Positions 39,223 through 49,164 are shown, counted from the stretch's first letter. The stretch: 64,000 nt of DNA from an uncultured virus (IMG/VR IMGVR_UViG_3300009001_000010) (IMGVR_UViG_3300009001_000010:1-64000), one strand, 5' to 3'. Translations and numbers: made by a program. The notes: generated by a model from the letters alone, not told the origin.

Positions 39223-39849
39223 ATTTCCGTACATGACACCAATATTCATGCGAACTTGGTTAATAAATAAATATAAACAATCATGATCTACACTAATTTT
39301 GCTAATAGCTCGGAGAGCTTTAGAAAGTAATCTAGGTAAATCACCAACGCCCATCTCATTCATAAGTCGTTTAGTATCTCGTTCTGATTGAGCAGCGTCA
39401 ATAGAGTCAAATACAATAACGCCTACTTTACCAGTCTTGCCAAGATCTTGGCAAAGCTGAAGCGCTTCTTCAGCAGTATCAGGGTAACAGAAAACCATAC
39501 GATCAGGGTCGATTCCCATAGACTTAATAAGATCTAAACCAGTAGTACGCTCTAAATCTACAAATACTGGGACTCTATCGTAACCATAAGTATCTACATA
39601 AGACTTAACGATTTGAAGGCAAAGACTAGTTTTGCCAGCGCTTGGAGGACCAAATATTTCTACAACTCTATCTGAAGGTAAACCTCCGACACCTAAAGCA
39701 GAGTCAAGAGTTACAGAACCTGTAGAAATTGCTTTTACTTTTTCATACTTTGGACCAAGAGAAATAGAATCTTCTTTGCCAAACTTTTTACTAATACTAT
39801 TAGCAATTGCATCAATTTCTGGAATACCTGTAATTTTTTTAATTGCCAT
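39223..39849 (-). CDS. recA: RecA, exon 1
   Basis: ISTGS..LD.ALGVGGLP, EIFGPPSAGKT (Walker A), IVFDSI (Walker B), FINQVRMNIGVMYGN. Confidence 0.95.
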
Positions 39850-40037
39850 TAATCATCTCTTTCAGGATTTAAAACATGTTTTACTTCCTGAGGATCAGGA
39901 AGAGTGCAATCATGAATTTTATTTGCAATATCAGTATTGCCAAGCAAATGAACAATTTCTGATAATGGGTGAGCTATTAAATTATGGATTGTCCATTTAT
40001 ATCTAATAGGTAAAATATTAATAATTTTTTTTATCAT
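39849..40037 (-). CDS. Hypothetical protein
   Basis: 62 aa, WTIHNLIAHPLSE His-rich motif. Confidence 0.5.
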   Translation of the reverse strand: MIKKIINILPIRYKWTIHNLIAHPLSEIVHLLGNTDIANKIHDCTLPDPQEVKHVLNPERDD

Positions 40038-40262
40038 TTAAATTTCCTGATAGTAAAAAGTAGAATCATGCAAAACAACTTTTTTCCATAAAGAGACTTC
40101 TAAAGAAACATTTTCTTTAGTAGGATAGGAAAATAAATCGTAATCTTTACAATTGAATTTATTATATAAAGTAATTACAGAAAGATTTACGTCTTTTGAA
40201 GAAATAGAAATAAAAATATTTTTATTTGTTTTAGTTTTTGCTGGGACTAATATTTGGGTCAT
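40038..40262 (-). CDS. Hypothetical protein
   Basis: 74-aa ORF in operon. Confidence 0.4.
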   Translation of the reverse strand: MTQILVPAKTKTNKNIFISISSKDVNLSVITLYNKFNCKDYDLFSYPTKENVSLEVSLWKKVVLHDSTFYYQEI

Positions 40263-40602
40263 TTAATATTTTCTTATCAATATTAATTACTTCAAAAAAT
40301 TGAGAATCTAAAGTACCATAATCATATGGAGCGTTAGTTTTATGGCCTTCTCTAAAAAAGAAACCAGAAGAACCACTATTGATTGGATAAGTTACATCCT
40401 CCATTATACCTCTAGACAAATATTCTCCAGAGCCAGAAAGTACTTTAAAAGGTACATCTGACAACCTAGTAGGCGAAGATACTATTTCAACTAAAGTTCC
40501 AGGATTTAAATAGCCTGGTCCAGGACGATTGTAATCGTTATCTTTAATCTTTACTTTCTTGAGGACTTTTAGTTTGAGCCCTTTCTTCAGCTTTATTGTC
40601 AT
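40231..40602 (-). CDS. Hypothetical protein
   Basis: 123-aa ORF, GAGG SD. Confidence 0.45.
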   Translation of the reverse strand: MTIKLKKGLKLKVLKKVKIKDNDYNRPGPGYLNPGTLVEIVSSPTRLSDVPFKVLSGSGEYLSRGIMEDVTYPINSGSSGFFFREGHKTNAPYDYGTLDSQFFEVINIDKKILNDPNISPSKN

Positions 40603-41182
40603 TTAACACCTCGTCTAAATTAATTACTTCAAAAGTAACTTTATTATCTTTAATTGCGTCTCTAATTCGTCTTTGAGATTTGTTTAAAGAAGATTTACCA
40701 GTTTTTATATCTATGAATTTTATAGAAACTATCTCATCAGACTTTTTATCTAATAAATCACTAAGGCCTTCAAAAAGAACATAATCCACAGGATTGCCCA
40801 TAAAGCGATAATCTTTAGGATTAGTACCTTTAATTATAAAAGGTGCAAGATGTTCTGTAGCTTGGCCACGCATAACTGATCTAGATTTATCTAAAGCGTC
40901 TTTTCTTGCTTTAATAAGTTCATTTTTATGAGAAGCTTTTAAAATTGTTATTTGATTTTCTAAAGAATATACTTCTTCAAGAGAATTAGATAACTTGTTT
41001 TGGTTTTCTTCAAACTGATCAAAAAGTTTTTCTTTAGCTTCTTTAACTTCAAGAGATTTAGTTACTAATTGAGTAGCTAATTCAGAAAGAACAGTATTGA
41101 GCTCTTTGTTTTTTTTGTTTAAAAAATAAGCATAAATTAATAAAGAAAAATATGCTATTATAAATAATATTTTATAAATCAT
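40544..41182 (-). CDS. Membrane-anchored Holliday-junction-resolvase-like endonuclease (Endonuc_Holl type)
   Basis: N-terminal TM, coiled coil, SRSVMRGQATEHLAPF, FMGNPVDYVLFEG, DIKTGKS.L...QRRIRD. Confidence 0.8.
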   Translation of the reverse strand: MIYKILFIIAYFSLLIYAYFLNKKNKELNTVLSELATQLVTKSLEVKEAKEKLFDQFEENQNKLSNSLEEVYSLENQITILKASHKNELIKARKDALDKSRSVMRGQATEHLAPFIIKGTNPKDYRFMGNPVDYVLFEGLSDLLDKKSDEIVSIKFIDIKTGKSSLNKSQRRIRDAIKDNKVTFEVINLDEVLNDNKAEERAQTKSPQESKD

Positions 41183-41183
41183 T

Positions 41184-41762
41184 TTAATTAAATGCTGAAT
41201 TTATTTTTAAAAATAAATAAAAATGTTTAAATAAAGAATCTAATTCAGAATCAGATAAATTAATATTTGATTCTAAAAGTATTATTTTTAAACATAATTT
41301 TAAATAAATTCTATCAGCGCCTTTTTTCTTAACAGGACAATAAATTCGATTATTTTCATAGTCAATATAATGATTTTTTGGAGAGTTTATTATTGAATAA
41401 ACTTTACCAGATATAGATATTTTTTCTGGTATCTTTATATCATGGAAATTTTTATTCCACCAGTAATCAATTGAATCTGAAATAATATTATTTCGTATCT
41501 GTTCCATATTGACCTGTGTAGTGTTTAATATATTAATTAATAAATCTCTTGTAGATAAATGAATTGAATCATCTTCATCATCTACAAAAGATTCAAAAGT
41601 GTATGTATCGTCAAAAAATAAATCAACTGAGTTGTTAAATGATTCTTCAAGAAAAGTTTTATTTCTGTTTTTCTTATGTTGGAGTTTTATATAATCAGTT
41701 GCTGCTGCTTCTAAAACAGCGCGCATGATTTTTTTTACATCTTCAGAAGAATCATATTTCAT
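41184..41762 (-). CDS. Hypothetical protein
   Basis: 192-aa ORF in operon. Confidence 0.5.
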   Translation of the reverse strand: MKYDSSEDVKKIMRAVLEAAATDYIKLQHKKNRNKTFLEESFNNSVDLFFDDTYTFESFVDDEDDSIHLSTRDLLINILNTTQVNMEQIRNNIISDSIDYWWNKNFHDIKIPEKISISGKVYSIINSPKNHYIDYENNRIYCPVKKKGADRIYLKLCLKIILLESNINLSDSELDSLFKHFYLFLKINSAFN

Positions 41763-41765
41763 TGA

Positions 41766-42113
41766 TTATACTTTTTTGCCACCATGGCGATGTGGTCTAG
41801 ATTTATTATAAATGATCTTTTCATTTAATGCTTCCTCTAGATCAATACCATACTTACCGCAAAAATCAAATATTCTGATAACACAATCTGCAAGCTCAAT
41901 AGGAATGCCTTCAGGCTTTCTAGGTTTATCAGGATTATAATAAACCTCTGTAGGGGTACGACCATTGCGGTACTCCTCTAAAGCTTCACTAAGTTCAGAA
42001 TGCATAAGAGCAATTAGATCACCAATAGATCTTTCTTGTTCATGCCAACCTTTTTCTACAGCGTTATCGTAAGAAATTTGAACATATTCGTTGACGTAAT
42101 GTCTGTTAATCAT
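41766..42113 (-). CDS. MazG-like NTP pyrophosphohydrolase
   Basis: HSELSEALEE...ELADCVIRIFD...K..YN..R..RHG. Confidence 0.85.
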   Translation of the reverse strand: MINRHYVNEYVQISYDNAVEKGWHEQERSIGDLIALMHSELSEALEEYRNGRTPTEVYYNPDKPRKPEGIPIELADCVIRIFDFCGKYGIDLEEALNEKIIYNKSRPHRHGGKKV

Positions 42114-42121
42114 TTTTTTCC

Positions 42122-43096
42122 TTAATTAATTAAAGACCAATCTAGTTCTCCAGAAAGGCCAGAAGCGTTATAATCAGTAACTGTTCCTTCAAAAAAATTC
42201 TTAAAGGAATCTCCAGAAACAATCCAATCAAGCCAAGGCAATGGGTTGTCTTTTTGTTTAAAAATAGGTTTCATACCAAGCTGAAGCAGTCTTCTATCCG
42301 CTAAATAAGAAATATACTTTTTAACTTCTTCACGAGTTAAACCTTGAGAAGAAGAGTTATCGTATATTAAGTCAATTAAATCATGCTCTAATTTAACAGC
42401 TTGAGTAAAATTACTATAAATATATGTTTTTAAAGTATCTGTAACTAAATGAGGGTTTTCTTCTAGGTATGTATGAAATAATTTAGTTATAGCCTCTACA
42501 TGAAGAGTTTCATCTCGTATAGACCATTCAACAATCTCACACATGCCTTTCATTTTACCAAATCTTTGATAGTTTAAAAGCATTACAAATGCAGAAAAAA
42601 GAGACATGCCTTCATTACAAACGCTCCTTGCTAATTCAAAAGCAAGATTTTGATCATGCTTCTTCATGCTTTTAGGAGGTTGCATCATAAAATCAATTTT
42701 ATCTGACATCTCTTTAAATTTTAAAAATAAAGAATATTCTTCTTCAGGAATTCCTAAAGTATCATTTAAGAGTGCATATGATCTTTGGTGAGTTCCTTCG
42801 CGATTAGCAAAAGAAAGAAGCATATTGCGTATTTCATTATTTTTAAAAGCCTGTATAAATATATCACAATAATTTCCTCCGACAGCTACATCTGACTGAG
42901 TAAAAATTCTCAAGATATTTGTGATATGATTTTTTTCTTCTTGAGTAATTTTATTTGATTTCCATTGGTTTAAATCTTCTTGAAGTTTAGCTTCCCAAGA
43001 ACCCCAATGAATTTTTTCGTGTTGTTCAGCATATTCCATAGCCCAAGGATAATTAAAGGGCTTATAAGTTTTAGAGTATTCGGTTAACCTTGACAT
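42122..43096 (-). CDS. nrdB: Ribonucleotide reductase class Ia beta subunit
   Basis: YKPFNYPWA, FTQSD, REGTHQRSY (Tyr radical), EGMSLF, RDETLH, NFFE; start MSRL with GAGGAG SD. Confidence 0.95.
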   Translation of the reverse strand: MSRLTEYSKTYKPFNYPWAMEYAEQHEKIHWGSWEAKLQEDLNQWKSNKITQEEKNHITNILRIFTQSDVAVGGNYCDIFIQAFKNNEIRNMLLSFANREGTHQRSYALLNDTLGIPEEEYSLFLKFKEMSDKIDFMMQPPKSMKKHDQNLAFELARSVCNEGMSLFSAFVMLLNYQRFGKMKGMCEIVEWSIRDETLHVEAITKLFHTYLEENPHLVTDTLKTYIYSNFTQAVKLEHDLIDLIYDNSSSQGLTREEVKKYISYLADRRLLQLGMKPIFKQKDNPLPWLDWIVSGDSFKNFFEGTVTDYNASGLSGELDWSLIN

Positions 43097-44799
43097 GAAA
43101 GGCACTCCTCAAAATCTTTTAAAGTTTTTCGTTCGATTTTATTAGAAACTTTTTCTCCAGAAACACCAGCATTAGTTCTTAAATAATAAAGACCTTTTAG
43201 ATTGCGTTTCCAAGCAATAATATGAGTCATATTGACATTATTGATATCGGTACCGCTAGGAAAGAAAAGATTTACAGATTGTCCCTGACAAATCCATTCC
43301 TGCCTAATAGCTGCATGTTCAATTATCCAGGTTTGGTCTAATTCAAACGCAGTTTTAAATACTTGTTTTTCGTAATCAGTCAAATAATCAAGGTGTTGAA
43401 TTGAACCTTGAGCAAGAATAATAGATTGAATTTGATCATCAAGCCAAGAGTCTTCTTCAGAAAGAATATTTTGATGTTTTTTTAAACATTCTAAAAGATA
43501 TTTATTTACTTGAAGAAAAGAACCTGCTCTTGTTCTATGGGTAAAAGCATTAGATTTCCAAGGCTCAATACTAGGAGAAGTATTAAGAATAATACTACTA
43601 TTGGCGTTAGGAGCAATAGCAAGTAAATGGCTATTCCTTCTTGTTTTAGTATCGTCATCTAAATAAGCACCTTTTTCTTTTGCTAATCTTTCAGTTGCAA
43701 GCACAGCTTCAGATTTAATAAAAGAAAATATATTTCTATTTAAAGAAATAGCTAAAGCAGATTCAAAAGCAATATTTTTTCTTTGAAGCAAGCTATGAAA
43801 TCCCATAGCTCCAAGACCAAGAGATCTTTCTCTTGTAGCAGAAAAAACTGCTTTTTCTAAATGACTAGGAGCGTTAACAATAAAATATTGCAAAACATCG
43901 TCTAAATATTCAATTAAATCTTGGACAATTGAAGTTTCTTTCCAATCATCAAAATATTCAAGATTTAAAGATGATAAGCAGCAAACTGCAGACCTATCAG
44001 GGGACGTGGGTAAGTGAATTTCATTGCATAAATTAGATCCATTTATTTTAAGTCCTTTATTTTTTAATTGAATGGGAAGTTTATTATTTGCACTGTCAAT
44101 AAAATTTAAATAAGGTTCACCAGTTCGAAATCTTGCTTCTAATATTCTAGTCCAAAGTTTTCTAGCTGATAAAGTATCAAAAATTGTTTTATGTTTAGGA
44201 TCGACAAGATCCCACTTTTTATCTAGAAGAACAGCTTCCATAAAAGAGTCAGTAATGTTTATTGCATTATGTATATTAAAACATTTACGATTTGAATCAC
44301 CGCCAGTAGGCATTCTAATATTTAAAAATTCCAAAATATCAGGATGACTAATGTCTATGTAAGCAGCATAACTTCCTCTGCGAGTGCTACCTTGAGAATA
44401 AGCTAGCATGTCGGAATCAACTGTTTTTAAAAAAGGTATAGGTCCTGGAGACTTCTTTGAAACAGAACGAATGTCGGACCAATGGCCTCCAACGCCTCCA
44501 CCCATAACACTCATCCACCGCAATTCTTCTGTATGCTGAATTAAACCTTCAACTGAATCGGGTACATAAGATAAGAAACAAGATATAGGTAGTCCAGTTC
44601 TGCCAGCGTTTGACAAAATAGGACTGCTAAACATAAACCAACCTTTTTTAGCATATTCTGCAATTCTAGAAGCTAGATCTTTGTTATCAGTATAAGCATA
44701 AGCTGCTCGAGTAAAAGCTTCTTCAGGAGAAGTCTCTCCATCAGCAAAATAATAATTTTGTAATAATGAAATTGCGTGATCTGAAAAGACAAAATTCAT
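43084..44799 (-). CDS. nrdA: Ribonucleotide reductase class Ia alpha subunit (no ATP cone)
   Basis: SSPILSNAG, ISCFL, GEPY, SNLCNEI, AIAPNANSS, YYLR, C-terminal CLSCQG. Confidence 0.95.
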   Translation of the reverse strand: MNFVFSDHAISLLQNYYFADGETSPEEAFTRAAYAYTDNKDLASRIAEYAKKGWFMFSSPILSNAGRTGLPISCFLSYVPDSVEGLIQHTEELRWMSVMGGGVGGHWSDIRSVSKKSPGPIPFLKTVDSDMLAYSQGSTRRGSYAAYIDISHPDILEFLNIRMPTGGDSNRKCFNIHNAINITDSFMEAVLLDKKWDLVDPKHKTIFDTLSARKLWTRILEARFRTGEPYLNFIDSANNKLPIQLKNKGLKINGSNLCNEIHLPTSPDRSAVCCLSSLNLEYFDDWKETSIVQDLIEYLDDVLQYFIVNAPSHLEKAVFSATRERSLGLGAMGFHSLLQRKNIAFESALAISLNRNIFSFIKSEAVLATERLAKEKGAYLDDDTKTRRNSHLLAIAPNANSSIILNTSPSIEPWKSNAFTHRTRAGSFLQVNKYLLECLKKHQNILSEEDSWLDDQIQSIILAQGSIQHLDYLTDYEKQVFKTAFELDQTWIIEHAAIRQEWICQGQSVNLFFPSGTDINNVNMTHIIAWKRNLKGLYYLRTNAGVSGEKVSNKIERKTLKDFEECLSCQG

Positions 44800-44810
44800 T
44801 TTAATATCCT

Positions 44811-45080
44811 TTAATTAAATATTTTTATTAATCTTTCCAAATAATTTCTTTTGTAAAAGATTAAAGTAAAATTAACTAGCAAACCACAAACTACAGAAGC
44901 AATTACTGCCGAAAGTGATTTGCTTATACTAGTTAAAAGCAAGAAAGAAGTCAATACAGAGAGCAAATCTGTTAAAGCAAAATGCTTTAATAAAATTCTT
45001 TTCAAAAAATTAGGAAAATGTTGAAAAGAAAAAATAAAACTAATCCATGTAATGACTCCAAGTATCATTCCATCATACAA
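44811..45080 (-). CDS. Small multi-pass membrane protein
   Basis: 89 aa, about three hydrophobic segments. Confidence 0.5.
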   Translation of the reverse strand: MYDGMILGVITWISFIFSFQHFPNFLKRILLKHFALTDLLSVLTSFLLLTSISKSLSAVIASVVCGLLVNFTLIFYKRNYLERLIKIFN

Positions 45081-45089
45081 AATAAAAGC

Positions 45090-45653
45090 CTATTGAGAGG
45101 TAAATTTCATTTCTACGGAAAGAGATAATCCAATTTGCTCAAATACTTTTCTAAGTTCAAGTAATGTATCGAATCTTTGTTTCCAAAAAGTCTTTACAAT
45201 TCTTGCTGCTTTTTCTGCAGAAACTGTGTTGGATAAATAACTATCCGCCATTCTTTCAATAACAGTTGCAGCTGGACGCTTTGCTCCCTTGGCTGCAAAA
45301 TTTGAGACAATAATATTTATCAAATCACTTTTTTTAATACTATTGCCACCACCTATAGCATCAACCATAGAAGAGGCAAGAGAATAATAATTTGAAGAAA
45401 TTTGAATATTGTTAGCAAGCTTAGTTAAAAGAGCTCTAAATTTTAAAATATCAAGCTCTTTAACAGTAGGAACTTCAATCATAAGATCAGAAGCCCATTC
45501 ATATAAGGTTTTATCATAAAAGATAAACTCTTTTATAAAGCTTTCAGTAATAGCTGAGTAAGTTTCAGCACCAATTTTAAGCTCATCTACAAGCTCTTGA
45601 GCTTCAATATTTATAAGCTCAATAACTTTTTCTTCATTGGTTTCTGCTGTCAT
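45090..45653 (-). CDS. Hypothetical helical protein
   Basis: ORF track 191 aa; likely start MTAET at the upstream stop. Confidence 0.5.
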   Translation of the reverse strand: MTAETNEEKVIELINIEAQELVDELKIGAETYSAITESFIKEFIFYDKTLYEWASDLMIEVPTVKELDILKFRALLTKLANNIQISSNYYSLASSMVDAIGGGNSIKKSDLINIIVSNFAAKGAKRPAATVIERMADSYLSNTVSAEKAARIVKTFWKQRFDTLLELRKVFEQIGLSLSVEMKFTSQ

Positions 45654-46066
45654 TAAAAGCCCCAAAGAGGTTTACGTTCGCGAGAAGTAACTGCACCGGG
45701 ATCAGATTGTGCTGCAACCTCTCTAGCTGCGCTAACTTTAGCTTTAGAAGGAGCCGAAGATGCAGATGTAGCAGCTAGTGGGTCTGAAGTAGATGCATAA
45801 GAATTTAAAATAGAATCTTTAAGCTCTTTAGAGAAAGCTAAACCATCTTCATTCTTGAATCGAATATCATCAAAATATTTTTCGACTTTTTGACCATCTT
45901 CCATAATAGTACCTTTGTGGCTTGGAACAGATACAAAAAGACCATTAGAACCTTGAATGATTTTAAAGCCGTCAATCTCCATGATATCGTCAATAATAAC
46001 AGAAGCAATACCTTTAAGCTTTGATGCTGAATTAATTTTTCTTACATTAATCGTATATGAAAACAT
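45653..46066 (-). CDS. spoVG: SpoVG-family nucleic-acid-binding protein
   Basis: KLKGIASVIIDD...KIIQGSNGLFVSVPS.K....FDDI. Confidence 0.8.
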   Translation of the reverse strand: MFSYTINVRKINSASKLKGIASVIIDDIMEIDGFKIIQGSNGLFVSVPSHKGTIMEDGQKVEKYFDDIRFKNEDGLAFSKELKDSILNSYASTSDPLAATSASSAPSKAKVSAAREVAAQSDPGAVTSRERKPLWGF

Positions 46067-46344
46067 TATTTATCCTTAATAATTTCAACATTATTTTTTA
46101 CTAAAAATAATTTATAATAATAGCCAACTAAAAAATATATAGAGAGTAATTGTTTTAAAGTTAAATCATCGACTTTATCAAAATTTGCAAAATAAGAATT
46201 TAATTCTTTTACAAAAGCATCAATAACTTCTTGATCTTTTTGTTCTAAATTTTCGTTTACATGCTTTAATAAGTTTAAAGTGAGCTGATTGAGATTTAAA
46301 TTAAAAGAATCACCCTGAGAAGGAGAAACTTTAAATTTAAACAT
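46066..46344 (-). CDS. Hypothetical protein
   Basis: 92-aa ORF in operon. Confidence 0.45.
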   Translation of the reverse strand: MFKFKVSPSQGDSFNLNLNQLTLNLLKHVNENLEQKDQEVIDAFVKELNSYFANFDKVDDLTLKQLLSIYFLVGYYYKLFLVKNNVEIIKDK

Positions 46345-46345
46345 A

Positions 46346-46774
46346 CTACTGCCACCCTAACATTCGAGGAAGAGCAGCAGTAAATAATCTACCAAGAACT
46401 TGAAACTCTCCAGCAGATAAAGAAACAGAAACTCTTTTATCCCCTGAAGAAAGACCCATCATAAAAGTACCAGCATATTTACCTTCGCCAGGTGTAATAG
46501 TAAGCTTTTTGCCAGTACCATCATTATCATGATAAAAACTTCCCCACTTTGGGGAAGAAGGATCATCAAAAAATTGAGTTAAATCATTGATACCAAAAGC
46601 AAATGTAATCTTTTGATTTTTCCAATCATAAGATTTTTCTCCTTGAGAAGGAGCCATCTCTAAAAGCACCGCACCAGTTTTTTGAATTCTATTATTATCG
46701 TCTACTCTAGGAGGCAATAAAGTGAATTGAGCTGCTGCAGATTTTTTATAAATGTTAAATGAAGTTGGATACAT
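46346..46774 (-). CDS. Whirly-like ssDNA-binding protein
   Basis: IYKKSAA, GAVLLEMAP..G...YDW, FYHD, EFQVL...F...LP.MLGW match plant Whirly motifs in order; start MYPTS at 46774 with AAGGAA SD. Confidence 0.7.
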   Translation of the reverse strand: MYPTSFNIYKKSAAAQFTLLPPRVDDNNRIQKTGAVLLEMAPSQGEKSYDWKNQKITFAFGINDLTQFFDDPSSPKWGSFYHDNDGTGKKLTITPGEGKYAGTFMMGLSSGDKRVSVSLSAGEFQVLGRLFTAALPRMLGWQ

Positions 46775-47630
46775 TATTTTCCTTTTCCAAGTTATAATAT
46801 TCGTCGGAAATTGATTCACAAAGATCAGCTAATACAGATCTATATTGTGAAGTTAAAGTTATTTGTGAAGTTGCTGTAGAATCTTTAAATGCATAAGATT
46901 CTAAAAAAATGTGTAAACCAGATTCCTTTTTTCTAAAAGGAGCATCTATTTGACCTAAATCACCAAGGCAAATTAATTTACTTGTAGAAGCAACTCTAGA
47001 AACAATAGTTTTCATTGTATGGATATCTGCATTTTGACATTCATCAAATATAACAACTGAATTTTCTAAAGACATGCCTCTTGCTAATTCTACTGGAAGG
47101 TATTTTAACCTGTTGTTTTCAAGCATTTCGAATATAAAATGCTCAGCATCTCTACCTAAAAGAGAGTTTATATGTACCATATAACTAGACATGATACCAG
47201 ACATTTTATCGTTTACATCACCAGGTAAAATGCCCATAACATTAGATTTACCTCCTACATATATAGAAGGTTTAATTAAAACAATATCTTTGTCATTTTT
47301 AAAATATTCATTTAAAGCGTAAGCTATAGAAAGCAAGGTTTTGCCAGTACCAGCTTTTCCTAAAGCAACAGACATTAAAATATTTTTATCTAATAAGGAA
47401 TCAATAAAAGCTTTTTGTTTAGAGTCTTTTGGTTTGATTCCTTGTAAATCTTTATAAGATAAAAGAGTAAAGTATGGAGATTTATATTTAGCTAAAGCTG
47501 AAGAAGTAGAAGATTTTAAAACTAAATATTCATTTTCATCTGGTTCAAAATCAAAAAAATCAGGTATTTTTAATTTCTTTTCTTTAAAAAATGAATCAAT
47601 ATAATTTTGGTCTATATGCAGATCTCTCAT
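46755..47630 (-). CDS. phoH: PhoH-family ATPase
   Basis: GKAGTGKT, G.LPG...DKM, ARGMSL, DECQN, LGDLGQID. Confidence 0.9.
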   Translation of the reverse strand: MRDLHIDQNYIDSFFKEKKLKIPDFFDFEPDENEYLVLKSSTSSALAKYKSPYFTLLSYKDLQGIKPKDSKQKAFIDSLLDKNILMSVALGKAGTGKTLLSIAYALNEYFKNDKDIVLIKPSIYVGGKSNVMGILPGDVNDKMSGIMSSYMVHINSLLGRDAEHFIFEMLENNRLKYLPVELARGMSLENSVVIFDECQNADIHTMKTIVSRVASTSKLICLGDLGQIDAPFRKKESGLHIFLESYAFKDSTATSQITLTSQYRSVLADLCESISDEYYNLEKENNVSNFI

Positions 47631-47742
47631 ATGTATTCCTTTTTATGGAAAGGTTGAGATAGTCTACTTTAAGACTAATAAAAACAACAAGCTTTGAAAA
47701 AATAAACAACAAGTATATATTTTGTATTTTAAAAATAAGAAC

Positions 47743-48027
47743 TTATGTTTTGATTTTCCATTTTTGAAACATTTCTTTACGTTGTTGACGAATAGATTTA
47801 TTCATTTCATAATATGATTTTTTATTACTGAATAATACATGAAGACCAGACGCACGCAAACGTTTATCTGGCCGAACTTTAACATGATTACCTTTATTTC
47901 TTTCTTCTATAATTAAACTAGAAAGAGCTAAAATATAATCAGTGTAATTTGTTTTTATATTTAAATCGTAATAAAATAAAGTACTATTTTCGTCAATCTT
48001 TTTATGTAAAAAAGATTTGACTGTCAT
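47743..48027 (-). CDS. Hypothetical protein
   Basis: ORF track 98 aa; likely start MTVKS overlapping upstream stop. Confidence 0.4.
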   Translation of the reverse strand: MTVKSFLHKKIDENSTLFYYDLNIKTNYTDYILALSSLIIEERNKGNHVKVRPDKRLRASGLHVLFSNKKSYYEMNKSIRQQRKEMFQKWKIKT

Positions 48028-48425
48028 GCTTTTACCCAATAAGTAGTTTTGCGGTTATTATCATTTTGAATAATATCTCTTACATAATTATTAGAAATTA
48101 AATAATTAGATAAGGCTACATTAGAAGGAGTATTTTTAGGCATAACTTTTTTGACATGATCAAAAAGCTTAGAAAAAATAACTGTTTTATTTTTTTGTAA
48201 ATATCTTGCTACAATAGTAGCTTGTTTTGAATTTAAAGAACGAGTAGATCTTGTTCTATTTACTGGCCAGACTTTGTAATCAGTAATTCTTTTCTTTTTT
48301 TGTTTAACAATAGGCTTTTGTTGTTGAGAAACAGTAAAAGGTGAATGTTGATTTTTTACAAAAGTTTTAAAAGAAGAATTTACCTCGTCAGAAGTTCCTT
48401 CAAAAACATATACTTTTAAATTCAT
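48024..48425 (-). CDS. Basic hypothetical protein (possible DNA-binding)
   Basis: 133 aa, Lys/Arg-rich. Confidence 0.45.
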   Translation of the reverse strand: MNLKVYVFEGTSDEVNSSFKTFVKNQHSPFTVSQQQKPIVKQKKKRITDYKVWPVNRTRSTRSLNSKQATIVARYLQKNKTVIFSKLFDHVKKVMPKNTPSNVALSNYLISNNYVRDIIQNDNNRKTTYWVKA

Positions 48426-48427
48426 AA

Positions 48428-48733
48428 TTAGTCTTTCTTCAAAGGAAAAAATAAGTAACTATCATTTTCCAAAATTAAAGCACCAGCAGTATTTTTTCTA
48501 AATTTATAATTAGATTCATAATCAGAATTTAGAAAATCATGTAACCAAACTAAAGCTTCTTCTTTAGAAGGAAAAATATCAATAGTTAAAATATAATACC
48601 TTTTGGTATTAAGAAGTACAGGAGTATAATCGGGATAAGCTTCTAGCCAATGAGAATCAGATTCTTTAGCAGCTAAATAAGCTTTTTTTCCTGATTCACC
48701 CCGGCTAATAATATAATCAGGAAGTGCGGGCAT
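48428..48733 (-). CDS. Hypothetical protein
   Basis: 101-aa ORF coupled (TAATG) to the di-Ubl gene. Confidence 0.5.
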   Translation of the reverse strand: MPALPDYIISRGESGKKAYLAAKESDSHWLEAYPDYTPVLLNTKRYYILTIDIFPSKEEALVWLHDFLNSDYESNYKFRKNTAGALILENDSYLFFPLKKD

Positions 48734-49164
48734 TAAATATTGCCCTTAACACTACCTGTAGCAAAAACTTCTGAATTTGGTGCAACAAGAGTTGCTTCCC
48801 ATTGAGTTGCAGGGATGCCTGCACCATTAACAATGATATCTCTACCATGCAAATTCTCTTGGCAAACAAGTTCAGCAAGAGTCATAGTTTGAGAAACATT
48901 TACAACTCTGGCGCCAGGACCAGGGATAACAACTAAAGTAATCGTATCTTGATTACCTTTAACGCTGCCTGTAGCAAATATTTCTGCATTTTGAGAGATA
49001 AGGGTAGTCTCCCACTGTGATGCAGGAATTCCTGTACCATTAATAATAATATCGCGGCCATGCAAATTCTCTTGACAAGCGAGCTGAGCAACAGTCATGT
49101 CGGGAGTAATAGTTACGGTGCGAGCACCAGGGCCAGGAATAACAACAAGTGTAACTGTAGACAT
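48733..49164 (-). CDS. Tandem di-ubiquitin-like (beta-grasp) protein precursor
   Basis: Two ~70-aa repeats (TLVVIPGPGAR...MT..L...ENLHGRDII.NG...IFATGSVKG), each ending KG|N. Confidence 0.8.
   Translation of the reverse strand: MSTVTLVVIPGPGARTVTITPDMTVAQLACQENLHGRDIIINGTGIPASQWETTLISQNAEIFATGSVKGNQDTITLVVIPGPGARVVNVSQTMTLAELVCQENLHGRDIIVNGAGIPATQWEATLVAPNSEVFATGSVKGNI

Noticed and set aside
37841..39849. recA as a pseudogene or two separate genes (209 aa and 178 aa ORFs)
   Set aside because: The stop is the first intron codon and the first 32 residues of the 178-aa ORF are translated intron core; splicing restores an intact frame
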